The notes under the pieces: model-generated
What the model was told of the DNA's origin: nothing
Database searches by the model: none
Seen by the model: the letters and a program-made list of their open reading frames with translations, nothing else
Position numbers and translations under genes: made by a program
Shown: positions 1-8,736 of the stretch, one piece after another
Layout: the number at the start of each line of letters is the position of its first letter
How positions within the stretch are numbered: position 1 is the first letter of the stretch
DNA from: Candidatus Methylomirabilia bacterium
Lineage (GTDB): Bacteria > Methylomirabilota > Methylomirabilia > Rokubacteriales > CSP1-6
Length of the DNA: 17,873 bases
Assembly: GCA_041492755.1 (NCBI GenBank)
Contig: JBGPXN010000089.1
Coordinates: 1 to 17,873 of the forward strand
Direction of reading: 5' to 3'

Positions 1-59
1 GTGGCGGGGGTGGGAATACTGGGGGGGGCGCGCGGGTTGCGGAGTTCTTCTCTGAGTAC

Positions 60-201
60 ATGGGGGGCCCCGATAGGGCCCCCCATACCCCCCATCGCTC
101 GGACGCGCCCCGGGAAACCCGGGGCGCGCCTCGACATTCCCACGGCTCCGCAGCGCCGCGGCGGAGCCGTGGCGCTCCTCGAATTGCCTCACACCCTCTG
201 A
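60..201 (+). repeat. REP-like multi-hairpin intergenic element, copy A
   Basis: Hairpins ATGGGGGGCCC-cgata-GGGCCCCCCAT (60-86), CGCGCCCCGGG-aaa-CCCGGGGCGCG (104-128) and CCACGGCTCCGC-N9-GCGGAGCCGTGG (140-172). Shares GGGGCCCCGA.A.GGCC, CGCTCG and CTCGA motifs with copies B and C. Confidence 0.75.
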
Positions 202-271
202 ACCGGCGCAGAGTCGTGACGTCACGCGGCCGGCGCGGGCTCACGCGGCCTGGCGCAAGAGGAGGACGGCC

Positions 272-937
272 GTGGGCGTCATCGACTTGACGATTCCGCT
301 GGGCCCCGGAGTGGGCCACCCGATGTTCCGCCCGTTCCAGGTGGCGCCGTTTCACGTGCACGAGATCCACCGGCGCTCCAACGCGGACATCGCGATGGCC
401 ATCCACACCGCCACCCACATCGACGCGCCGTATCACTTCTTCCCGGACGGCGTGACCATCGACCGCGTCCCGCTCGATCGGCTCGTGGGCGAGGGCGTCC
501 TCTTCCGGCTGGAATCGATCGCCGAGCCGCGCCATCGCTTCACCGTGGCCGAGCTGGAGCAGGCCGCCCGCGGTGTGTCCGTGCGGGACCGGATCGCGGT
601 GCTGGCCACCGGCTGGTCGAACCGGGCCTTCGCCGAGCCCGCGCGCTACTTCGGCGAAGGCCCGACGCTGTCCCCGGAAGCGGCGCAATGGCTGGTCGAC
701 AGTGGCGCCAGGGCGGTCGTGCTCGACTGCGGCACCGATGCCCACGAGCCGGTGCCCGTGCCCGACCAGGCTATGCCCGTGCACCATATTCTCCTGAAGC
801 ACGGTCTTCCCATCGTCGAGAACTGCATCGACACCGTGAAGATCCCCGACGGCCCTTTCGCCATCTACGCCCTGCCCCTCAAGATCCACGCCGAGTCCGG
901 CGCGCCCGCGCGCGTGATCGCCCAGCCGCTGGGCTGA
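272..937 (+). CDS. Cyclase family (kynurenine formamidase-like) metal-dependent hydrolase
   Basis: HTATHIDAPYH matches the HxGTHxDxPxH cyclase motif. N-terminal IDLT, PIVEN and C-terminal PLKI...GAPAR are also present. AGGAGG SD before GTG. Confidence 0.93.
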   Translation: MGVIDLTIPLGPGVGHPMFRPFQVAPFHVHEIHRRSNADIAMAIHTATHIDAPYHFFPDGVTIDRVPLDRLVGEGVLFRLESIAEPRHRFTVAELEQAARGVSVRDRIAVLATGWSNRAFAEPARYFGEGPTLSPEAAQWLVDSGARAVVLDCGTDAHEPVPVPDQAMPVHHILLKHGLPIVENCIDTVKIPDGPFAIYALPLKIHAESGAPARVIAQPLG

Positions 938-965
938 CGCTGGATTCAACCGGAGGTCTCGTAAC

Positions 966-2408
966 ATGACCGTCGATCTCGTGATCCGGAACGGCCGCGT
1001 GGTGACACCCGGCGGGGTAATGGCCGGTGGTGTCGCCGTCGACGGCGAGACCATCGTGGCGATCGGCGCGGACGCCACCTTGCCCGCGGGCCGGCGTGTC
1101 GTCGACGCGCGCGGGCAGTACGTGCTTCCCGGGCTGATCGACGCCCATGTCCACATGGCGAGCGAGGAGGACGCGTCGATCGCGGAGGGGCTCGCCCAGA
1201 ACATGCCGGGCGAGACGGACGGCGCGCTCCACGGCGGCGTCACGAGCTTCGGCCACTTCGTCTGGCAGCGGAACGAGCCGCTCGTGCCGAACGTGCAGAC
1301 CACGATCCGCGAGGGCAACCGCTGGTCGCACGTCGACTTTTTCATGCACGCCATCATGAGCACGGAGGCGCACTTCGCCGAGCAGCCGGAGGTCTACGGG
1401 CTCGGGGTGACGTCGTTCAAGCACTTCTTCAACGCCTACAAGCCGCGGCCCGGCGAGGGGCTCGCGTGGCTCGGCGGGCCCTCCGACAGCGGGATGCTCT
1501 TCCGCTCCTTGCGGTTCTGCGCGCGCCAGGGGCAGCCGGCGATCGTTATCGTCCACTGCGAGGACATCGACCTCATCGCGGTGCTGGAAGACGAGCTGCG
1601 CGCGGCGGGCCGGAACGACCTCGCGGCCTGGAGCGACGCGCGGCCGAACGTCGCCGAGGCGACGCGCGTGCACACGGCGCTCGAGCTTGCCAAGGCAGCG
1701 GGGGCGCCGCTCTATGTCGCGCATCTCTCGACTGCGGAAGCGGCGGACCTCGTTGCCGCCGCGCGGCGGGACGGCTGGCCGGTGTGGGCAGAGGTGACGC
1801 CGCATCACCTCACGCACACGGGTGACATGGAGGCCGAGCTCGGCGCCTGGGGAAAAGTGAACCCGCCGCTCCGCGCGCGCCGCGACTGCGATCGGCTCTG
1901 GCGCGCCTTCCACGACGGCGGCGTCACCTGCCTGGGCTCGGATCACGGGACGGGCGGCCGCACGCGGACGAAGAAGCAGGGTGGGGGACCCAAGCACGGC
2001 AACATCTGGTGCGCGCGCTCGGGCAACCGCGGGGGGCTCGAGCACTTCCTGCCCGTCATGATGACGTTCGGCGTGAACGCCGGACGGATCTCGATCGAGG
2101 ACCTCGCGCGCGTGGGGGCGACGAACGCGGCGAAGGTGTTCGGGCTCTACCCGAAGAAGGGCGCGCTGCTCCCCGGCGCCGACGCGGACATCGTGCTCGT
2201 CGATCCGGAGCGCGAGGCGCGCGTGGACGAGCGGTTCTATCACTGCCTGTGCGAGGTGAGCGTGTACGACGGCTGGACGTTCAAGGGGATGGCGACGACG
2301 ACGATCGTTCGAGGACGGGTGATGATGGAGGGCGGTGAGACGGTGGGGAAGCCGGGCTGGGGCCGGTACGTCCCGCGCGGGCCAGCGGCCCGGGGACGCG
2401 CCCGATGA
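966..2408 (+). CDS. Cyclic amidohydrolase (dihydropyrimidinase/allantoinase/dihydroorotase-like)
   Basis: Metal-site motifs PGLIDAHVH, SFK (carboxy-Lys), VHCE, AHLS and GSDH, plus KVNPPLR and KG.L.PGADADIV. GGAGG SD. Confidence 0.93.
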   Translation: MTVDLVIRNGRVVTPGGVMAGGVAVDGETIVAIGADATLPAGRRVVDARGQYVLPGLIDAHVHMASEEDASIAEGLAQNMPGETDGALHGGVTSFGHFVWQRNEPLVPNVQTTIREGNRWSHVDFFMHAIMSTEAHFAEQPEVYGLGVTSFKHFFNAYKPRPGEGLAWLGGPSDSGMLFRSLRFCARQGQPAIVIVHCEDIDLIAVLEDELRAAGRNDLAAWSDARPNVAEATRVHTALELAKAAGAPLYVAHLSTAEAADLVAAARRDGWPVWAEVTPHHLTHTGDMEAELGAWGKVNPPLRARRDCDRLWRAFHDGGVTCLGSDHGTGGRTRTKKQGGGPKHGNIWCARSGNRGGLEHFLPVMMTFGVNAGRISIEDLARVGATNAAKVFGLYPKKGALLPGADADIVLVDPEREARVDERFYHCLCEVSVYDGWTFKGMATTTIVRGRVMMEGGETVGKPGWGRYVPRGPAARGRAR

Positions 2409-3415
2409 GCGTGGAGTTCGGCATCAACTTCATGCCCACCGCGCCGGCGCGCGAGGTGGCGGAGTGGGCACGGGGAGTCGAGCGTCACGGCTACGCGATC
2501 CTCGGCATCTCGGACTCGCAGTCGATCTGCCGCGACGTGTACGTGACGCTCGGGCTCTGCGCGGCGGCGACGGAGCGCATCCGGCTCGGCTCGCGGGTGA
2601 TCACCCCCGTGACGCGCCACCCGGCGGTCGCGGCGTCGGCGGCTGCGACGCTCGAGGAGATCGCGCCCGGCCGCACGATGGTGGCCATCGGCAGTGGCGA
2701 CAGCGCGGCGTACAACCTGGGCCTCAAGCCCGTGTCGCTGGCCGAGCTGCGCGCGTACGCGCTGGCGATCCGCGAGCTACTCACCACCGGCCGGACCGAC
2801 TACCACGGCGCCACTGCGCGCTTCACATGGTCGCGCGCGCGCGTTCCGCTGTTCCTGGCGGCCTCGGGCCCGAAGACCTTGCGGCTCGCCGGCCAGATTG
2901 CCGACGGGGTCGTCGTGAGGACCGGGATCCTGCCCGAGATCGTTCGCGAGTCGATCGCCCAGGTTCGCCAGGGCGCCATCGAGGCGGGACGCGATCCCGA
3001 CGCGGTCGAGATGTGGTGGTGGCCCGACGCGAACATCGCGGCGAGCCGGCGCGAGGCCGTCGGCGAGATCAGGATGTCGCTGGCCTCCGCCGGCAACCAC
3101 CTCACGCGCTTCACGAGCGAGGGCAAGCACATTCCTCCGGAGCTGCTCGGCAAGGTGAAGGCGCTCGGCGAGCGCTACACGTTCGCCGATCACGTCGCGC
3201 CCGGGAGCGGCAACGGCCGGCTCATCGAGGAGCTGGGGCTGGTGGACTACCTCGCCGACCGCTTCGCGTTCGCCGGCACCGCCGCGGAGTGCATCAAGAA
3301 GATCGAGCGCGCCGTGGACGCCGGGGCACGGAGGTTCTGGATCAGCATCCACTTCGACGACAAGTTCCGGTTCATGAAAGACTGGGCCGAGCAGGTGATG
3401 CCGGCCTTTCGCTGA
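2405..3415 (+). CDS. LLM-class (Mer-like, probably F420-dependent) oxidoreductase
   Basis: ISDS, TPVTRHPAVAASAAATLEE, IGSGDS and ASGPKTLRLAGQIADG motifs. ATGA overlap with the upstream stop. Confidence 0.92.
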   Translation: MSVEFGINFMPTAPAREVAEWARGVERHGYAILGISDSQSICRDVYVTLGLCAAATERIRLGSRVITPVTRHPAVAASAAATLEEIAPGRTMVAIGSGDSAAYNLGLKPVSLAELRAYALAIRELLTTGRTDYHGATARFTWSRARVPLFLAASGPKTLRLAGQIADGVVVRTGILPEIVRESIAQVRQGAIEAGRDPDAVEMWWWPDANIAASRREAVGEIRMSLASAGNHLTRFTSEGKHIPPELLGKVKALGERYTFADHVAPGSGNGRLIEELGLVDYLADRFAFAGTAAECIKKIERAVDAGARRFWISIHFDDKFRFMKDWAEQVMPAFR

Positions 3416-3547
3416 GTGGGGTCCCCGATATGGCCCCCAAGCTGTTCAAGCGAGGGGGGCTACGCCCCCCTCGGACTCCCCCGGCAACGCTCGGAGCCGT
3501 CCCGGGAAACCCGGGACGGCCCTCGATGACGCGTTCACGGACTCTGA
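3413..3547 (+). repeat. REP-like multi-hairpin intergenic element, copy B
   Basis: Starts TGAGTGGGGTCCCCGATATGGCCCCC. Perfect stems CGAGGGGGGC-tac-GCCCCCCTCG (3451-3473) and GCCGTCCCGGG-aaa-CCCGGGACGGC (3496-3520). Ends CGTTCACGGACTCTGA. Confidence 0.8.
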
Positions 3548-3573
3548 TGATTGACCGCCTGGAGGACGCATCG

Positions 3574-4476
3574 ATGGTGAGGATCGCGGGCGTGCAGTTC
3601 AGCGGCAACGTCGACCGGGAGATCAACGTCCGCACGGCGATCCGGATGGTGCGCGAGGCCGCCGGTCGCGGGGCGCAAATCATCTGCCTGCCCGAGCTGT
3701 TCAACACCATGTACTTCTGCGTGGAGCGGCGACGGGAATACTTCGACTGGGCCGAGCCCATCCCGGGTCCGACGACCGACCGCATGGGCGCGGTCGCGCG
3801 GGAGACCGGCGCGGTCGTGATCGCGCCCGTGTTCGAGCGGGCGCCGGACGGGCGCTACTTCAACGCCGCGGCCGTCCTCGGCCTCGACGGCGGCGTCATC
3901 GGCAAGTACCGCAAGTCGAGCATCCCCTTCATGGACGTGGCGAAGAGTGCCGAGCCGCGCGGCGACGAGAAGTTCTACTTCGCGCCCGGCGACCTGGGCT
4001 TCCCGACGTTCCCGACGCCGTTCGGGCGCATCGGCATCCTGATCTGCTACGACCGCCACTTCCCGGAGGCGGCCCGGGTGCTGGGGCTCGGCGGCGCCGA
4101 GATCATGTTCGTGCCCACCAACACGACGGGCATGGCCCGGTACCTCTGGGACGTCGAGCTGCGGGCCCACGCGATCGCCAACATCTTCTACGTGTGCGGC
4201 GTCAACAAGGTGGGCGTGGACGTGGGCGGCTCGACGCGCAACCACCACGGCGACAGCATGATCATCTCGCCGCGCGGCGCGATCCTCGCCCAGGCGTCCG
4301 ACAGCAAGGACGACATCGCGATCGCGGACGTGGACCTGTCGCTGCTCCCTCAGATCCGCGAGCTCTGGGGGTACTACCGGGACCGGCGTCCGGACAAGTA
4401 CGGGCCGGTGGTCGAACGGCCCGCGGGCACCATCCACCCGGTTGCAGCGCTCGAGCCGGTGGCCGCCGCCGGCTAA
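3574..4476 (+). CDS. Nitrilase-family carbon-nitrogen hydrolase (beta-ureidopropionase/N-carbamoylase-like)
   Basis: Catalytic triad motifs LPEL, YRK and ICYDRHFPE, plus EKFYF.PG and RDRRPD.Y. Start set at ATG 3574 after GGAGG (3561-3565). The 713 aa ORF extension is spurious. Confidence 0.93.
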   Translation: MVRIAGVQFSGNVDREINVRTAIRMVREAAGRGAQIICLPELFNTMYFCVERRREYFDWAEPIPGPTTDRMGAVARETGAVVIAPVFERAPDGRYFNAAAVLGLDGGVIGKYRKSSIPFMDVAKSAEPRGDEKFYFAPGDLGFPTFPTPFGRIGILICYDRHFPEAARVLGLGGAEIMFVPTNTTGMARYLWDVELRAHAIANIFYVCGVNKVGVDVGGSTRNHHGDSMIISPRGAILAQASDSKDDIAIADVDLSLLPQIRELWGYYRDRRPDKYGPVVERPAGTIHPVAALEPVAAAG

Positions 4477-4540
4477 CCCGAACGTTGGACCGTCTGTGCC
4501 CGAGATTCGCGGCGCCTGCACGGGACATGGGAAGACGTTG

Positions 4541-5527
4541 ATGATCTTCCGCACGGCCGCGCTCGTCGCGACGCTCGTGCTCGTGCTCGTGATCATCCCG
4601 TTTGCCGCCGGCGCCCAGCCGGGTGAGAGGATGCCCCGGATCGGCATCCTCAGCCCCGCCCCCGCGGCGGCCGTTGCGGGACCGCCGTTCGACGCTTTCC
4701 GCGAGGCGCTACGCGAACTCGGCTACGTCGAGGGTAGGAATATCGCCCTCGAGTTTCGGTTTTCGGACGGTAACCGTGAGCTGCTGCCGAAGCTTGCCGT
4801 CGATCTCGTTCGTCTCCCGGTCGACGTCATCGTCACCGACGGCGGGGATCTCACGGCCCGCGCCGCCTTGAGTGCCAGCACAAGGATCCAGATCGTGATG
4901 GAGACGGCGAGCGATCCGGTCGCGAGCGGTCTCGTGGCCAGCCTCGCCCGGCCCGGTGGGAACATTAGCGGATTTACGCTCCCGTACGTGGAGATCGCCG
5001 GAAAGCGGCTGCAACTGCTCAAGGAAATCGTCCCGGCCGTCACCCGCGTTGCGGTGCTCTGGGAGCGGGATCAGGGAGCGCTGCAGTTCCGGGCTGTGGA
5101 GACGGCCGCACGGTCGCTCGGACTTCAGATCGAGTCCCTTCCGGTCCGAGGCTCCAATGATCTCGATACCGCCTTCGAGACTGCCATCCGCCATCGCGCA
5201 GGCGCGATCCTACAGTTGTCTTCGCGGATGTTGCACGACAATCGGAAGGCGATCTCGCAACGTGCGCTCAAGCACCGCCTCCCCGGAATGTTCGAGCTGG
5301 GCTTCGTCGACACCGGCGCGCTCGCATGCTACGGAGTCAGCGTTTCGGACAACTTCCGGCGGGCCGCGGTCTACGTGGACAAGATCCTCAAGGGAGCCCG
5401 CGCCGGCGATTTGCCGGTCGAGGCGCCCTCGAAGTACCAGCTGGTGATCAACTCGAGGACCGTCCGGGCGCTCGGTCTCACTATCCCGCCCTCGGTGCTG
5501 CTGCAGGCGACGAAGATCCTCGAGTGA
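4541..5527 (+). CDS. Orphan ABC transporter substrate-binding protein (ABC_sub_bind type)
   Basis: Signal-like N-terminus, LRELGYVEGRNI, DPVASGLVASLARPGGN, KRLQLLKE and YVDKILKGA..GDLPVE.P motifs. Start uncertain (TTG 4538 or ATG 4541). Confidence 0.9.
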   Translation: MIFRTAALVATLVLVLVIIPFAAGAQPGERMPRIGILSPAPAAAVAGPPFDAFREALRELGYVEGRNIALEFRFSDGNRELLPKLAVDLVRLPVDVIVTDGGDLTARAALSASTRIQIVMETASDPVASGLVASLARPGGNISGFTLPYVEIAGKRLQLLKEIVPAVTRVAVLWERDQGALQFRAVETAARSLGLQIESLPVRGSNDLDTAFETAIRHRAGAILQLSSRMLHDNRKAISQRALKHRLPGMFELGFVDTGALACYGVSVSDNFRRAAVYVDKILKGARAGDLPVEAPSKYQLVINSRTVRALGLTIPPSVLLQATKILE

Positions 5528-5546
5528 TGCCTGCCCCACAGATGTT

Positions 5547-6776
5547 CTAGTCCAAGATGACCCGGCCGCGCTCGGCGACGACGCGGCCGTCGTGGATGAC
5601 GAACCGGCGCGGGGGCTGGGTGCGGTACGCCTCCTGCACCGACGGGGCCTCGACGACGACGAGGTCGGCGCGCCGTCCCACCTCCAGGCCGTAGTCCGGT
5701 AGCCGCATCAGACGCGCGCCGTTGACGGTCGCCATGTCGTAGAGCGTCTCGATGTCGGTGCGCGTCGAGAACTGGGCGGCGTAGGCGAGCAGGAAGCCGA
5801 CTTGCAGCGGGTCACCGGTGCCGAACACAGGGATGAACCCGTCCTTGATGACGTCCTGCCCGTAGGCCACGTTCACACCGGCGGCCAGGAGCTCCTTCAC
5901 GCGCGTGATACCACGACGCCGCGGTTCCTTGTCGCGGATTCCGCCGCGCATGAGCTTGCCCGGCAGCGTGACCACGCTCATCCGGGCCCGGGCGACGAGC
6001 CCGATCACACGGGCCGCGTAGGTATCGTCGTAGGCGGCGAGCGCGGTGACGTGGTCGGCGGCGACGCGGCCGGTCCAGCCCTCGCGGAGCGCCTTGACGG
6101 CATAGTAATGGAGCGTGGTCGCGCCGGGGTCGTCGGTCTCGTCGACGTGCATCTGGATGTCGCGGTCGAAGCGGCGGGCGAGGTCGAAGACGAAGTCGGT
6201 GTGGCGCCGGGCGTCCTCGTCGATCCGCTCCGCGAACGGCATGCCGCCCACGACGTCGGCGCCTCGCTCCATCGCCTGGGTCATGAGCGCGTCCGTGCCC
6301 GGGTCGCAGAGGATGCCCTCCTGGGGAAAGGCGATCAACTCGATGTGGGCGAGGCGCCGGCAGCGCGCGCGCGCGGCCAGCACGCCCTCGAGCGCGACGA
6401 GCCCCGCGATGGTGTCGACGTCGACGTAGGAGCGGACGAAGGTCACGCCGTGGCCGACGAGCCAGTGGACGACCTCCGTCGCGCGGGCGGCGACGTCCTC
6501 CACCGTGTAGCCGCGCTTGACCTCGCGCATGATCGCGATCGACTCCTCGAAGGTGTTCGTCCGGCTCTCGCGCGCGCGGTCGGCGGTCAGCGCCTTGTCG
6601 AGATGGATGTGCGGCTCGACGAAGGACGGCGTGGTGAGACAGCCGGTGGCGTCGATCTCGCGGGTGCCGCGCTCGTGAAGCTGCGGCTCGATGCGCTCGA
6701 TACGGCCACCGGCGATGCCGATGTCGACGGGCTCGGCCCGGTGGCGGAGCCGCGCGCTGCGGACGATCAGGTCCAC
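5547..6776 (-). CDS. Cytosine/creatinine deaminase-like amidohydrolase (CodA family)
   Basis: FVEPHIHLDK, AFPQEG, HVDE, DH and GQD correspond to the E. coli CodA H61/H63, Q156, H214/E217, H246 and D313 motifs. Confidence 0.9.
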   Translation of the reverse strand: MDLIVRSARLRHRAEPVDIGIAGGRIERIEPQLHERGTREIDATGCLTTPSFVEPHIHLDKALTADRARESRTNTFEESIAIMREVKRGYTVEDVAARATEVVHWLVGHGVTFVRSYVDVDTIAGLVALEGVLAARARCRRLAHIELIAFPQEGILCDPGTDALMTQAMERGADVVGGMPFAERIDEDARRHTDFVFDLARRFDRDIQMHVDETDDPGATTLHYYAVKALREGWTGRVAADHVTALAAYDDTYAARVIGLVARARMSVVTLPGKLMRGGIRDKEPRRRGITRVKELLAAGVNVAYGQDVIKDGFIPVFGTGDPLQVGFLLAYAAQFSTRTDIETLYDMATVNGARLMRLPDYGLEVGRRADLVVVEAPSVQEAYRTQPPRRFVIHDGRVVAERGRVILD

Positions 6777-6803
6777 GAGATCACCGCCGCGTTTGGGGCG
6801 AGT

Positions 6804-7808
6804 TCACTGCCGCGTTTGTGGGTTGAGGAGCGGGTAGAGCAGATCCACGACCACGTTGATGACCACGTAGGCGACCGTCGTCACCAGCGTGAAGGCCATG
6901 ATCACCGGATAGTCCTGGGTCTCCACCGCCGCGACCGCGTAGAGGCCGAGCCCGGGCCACGAGAAGATCGTCTCCGTGACCACGACGCCGCCGATGAGCT
7001 GGCCGAGCTGGATGCCGACCACGGTGAGGATCGGAACCGACGCGTTCCGGAGCGCGTGCTTGAGCACGACGCGCGACTCGGACACGCCCTTGGCGCGCGC
7101 CGTCCGGAGGTAGTCCTCGTGGAGGATGTCGAGCATCGCCGCCCGCGTGACGCGCGTGATCATCGCGAGCGAGATCACCGACAGGATCGAGGCGGGCAGG
7201 ATGATGTGCCGGAGTGCGTCGCCAAAGCGCGGCAGGTCCCGGGCCAGCAGGGCGTCGACGAGGTACATGCCGGTGACCGCCGGGGGCGGTACGACGCTCA
7301 CGGCAAGGCGGCCGCCCGCCGGGAGCAGGTCGAGCAGCCGGTAGAAGACGAGCACCGCCATGAGACCGAGCCAGAAGATCGGCATCGAGCCGAGGAAGAC
7401 CGAGCCCGGCGTGATGAGCCGGTCGACCCACCGACCGGCGCGGACGGCGGAGAGGACGCCGAGCGGGATGCCGATCAGCGCGCTGATCGCGATGGCCGCC
7501 AGCGCCAGCTCGACCGAGGCCGGCCAGAACTTCCGGATGTCCTCGATCACCGGCTTGCCGTTGACCATCGAGCGGCCGAAGTCGCCCTGGAGCGCGTTGC
7601 GCATATAAAGGAGATAGCGGACCCAGGTCGGACGGTCCAGGCCGAGCCGCTCCCGGGCGTGGGCGATCATCTCGGGCGTGGCATCCCCGCCGCCGGCGGC
7701 AACGAAGGCGGGATCGCCGGGCAGCTTCTGCGTCAGCAGGAAGACGGCGAGCGAGATGGCCGCCAGGAGGACGGCCAGGAGCGGCAGGCGCCGCAGCACC
7801 AGGCTCAC
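6804..7808 (-). CDS. ABC transporter permease, DppB/OppB-like
   Basis: PGDP, LGLDRP, GDFGRS, EAA loop EDYLRTARAKG...KHALRNA and ETIFSWPGLG. Multiple TM segments. Confidence 0.95.
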   Translation of the reverse strand: MSLVLRRLPLLAVLLAAISLAVFLLTQKLPGDPAFVAAGGGDATPEMIAHARERLGLDRPTWVRYLLYMRNALQGDFGRSMVNGKPVIEDIRKFWPASVELALAAIAISALIGIPLGVLSAVRAGRWVDRLITPGSVFLGSMPIFWLGLMAVLVFYRLLDLLPAGGRLAVSVVPPPAVTGMYLVDALLARDLPRFGDALRHIILPASILSVISLAMITRVTRAAMLDILHEDYLRTARAKGVSESRVVLKHALRNASVPILTVVGIQLGQLIGGVVVTETIFSWPGLGLYAVAAVETQDYPVIMAFTLVTTVAYVVINVVVDLLYPLLNPQTRQ

Positions 7809-7841
7809 GCTGCGGCCCGGCGCGGCTCCGTGAGCCGCGGG

Positions 7842-8714
7842 TCACGTCCGGACATAGATCTTGCTCGCCGGGTCCAGCATGTCGCGCACGCGCTCGCCCA
7901 GGATGTTGAACGCCAGCACCACGACGAAGATGGCCAGGCCCGGGAACGTCGCGTACCACGGGTAATCGAGCAGGTACTTGCGGCCGATCGTCACCATCGC
8001 GCCCCACTCCGGCGTGGGCGGCTGCGCGCCGACGCCGAGGAAGGAGAGCGCGGCCAGCAGGAGGATGGCGAGGCTCACGTCGATCGTGGCCTTGACGATC
8101 ACCGGCGAGAAGCAGTTCGGCAGGAGATGCCGCAGCAGGATCCATCCGGCCCGGTGGCCGAGCGCGCGCGAGGCAAGAATGAACTCGCGCTCCTTGTAGA
8201 CGAGCACCTGGGCGCGCATGAGCCGCGCGTACTGGGCCCACCAGGTGACGGCCAGGGCCAGCACGCAGTAGACGAGGCCGCGCCCCATCACCGACGTGAT
8301 CGCGAGCGCCCAGATGATCTGCGGGAACGCCAGGAAGAACTCGGTCACGCGCATCCCGATCTCGTCCGTCCGCCGGCCGCCGTAGCCGATCACGAGCCCG
8401 GCGGCGGAGCCCGCCGCGAGCGACAGGCCGATCAGCGCCACCGCCGCCGTGAGCGTCGGGCGCGCGCCGTAGACGACGCGGGCCCAGAGGTCGCGGCCGT
8501 TCTCGTCGGTGCCGAGCGGGTGGGCGAGGCTCGGCGGCTTGAGGCGCTCGAGGAAGACGATGGCGTTGGGGTCGCGGCCGGTGAAGAGCTGCGGCACCAG
8601 CGTCATCAGGGCGGCGATCCCGAGGACGGCGGCGGCGCCGACCACGAACGGGCCGCCGCGGAGAAGACGGGGCAGGCGCATCAGGGTCGAGAGGCGCGGA
8701 GGCGCCCCGAACAC
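7842..8714 (-). CDS. ABC transporter permease, DppC/OppC-like
   Basis: HPLGTDENGRD, REFILASRALG...RHLLPN, LSFLGVG..PP.PEWG and FNILGE.VRD.LDP. Start GTG 8714 or ATG 8681. Confidence 0.95.
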   Translation of the reverse strand: MFGAPPRLSTLMRLPRLLRGGPFVVGAAAVLGIAALMTLVPQLFTGRDPNAIVFLERLKPPSLAHPLGTDENGRDLWARVVYGARPTLTAAVALIGLSLAAGSAAGLVIGYGGRRTDEIGMRVTEFFLAFPQIIWALAITSVMGRGLVYCVLALAVTWWAQYARLMRAQVLVYKEREFILASRALGHRAGWILLRHLLPNCFSPVIVKATIDVSLAILLLAALSFLGVGAQPPTPEWGAMVTIGRKYLLDYPWYATFPGLAIFVVVLAFNILGERVRDMLDPASKIYVRT

Positions 8715-8736
8715 CAGGGCGCCCCCGCGCCCGAGA

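Noticed and set aside
6..36. G-quadruplex-like motif (four G-runs, loops 1/6/5)
   Set aside because: It fits the pattern but lies at the window edge of a ~70% GC sequence, where chance matches or low-quality base calls are likely.
1..290. Small ORFs 1-201 and 60-290
   Set aside because: These are translations of repeat copy A with no protein-like features.
2335..3573. Apparent 413 aa N-terminal fusion on the nitrilase (713 aa ORF)
   Set aside because: Off-frame overlap with the LLM gene and read-through of repeat copy B. A good SD and ATG exist at 3574.
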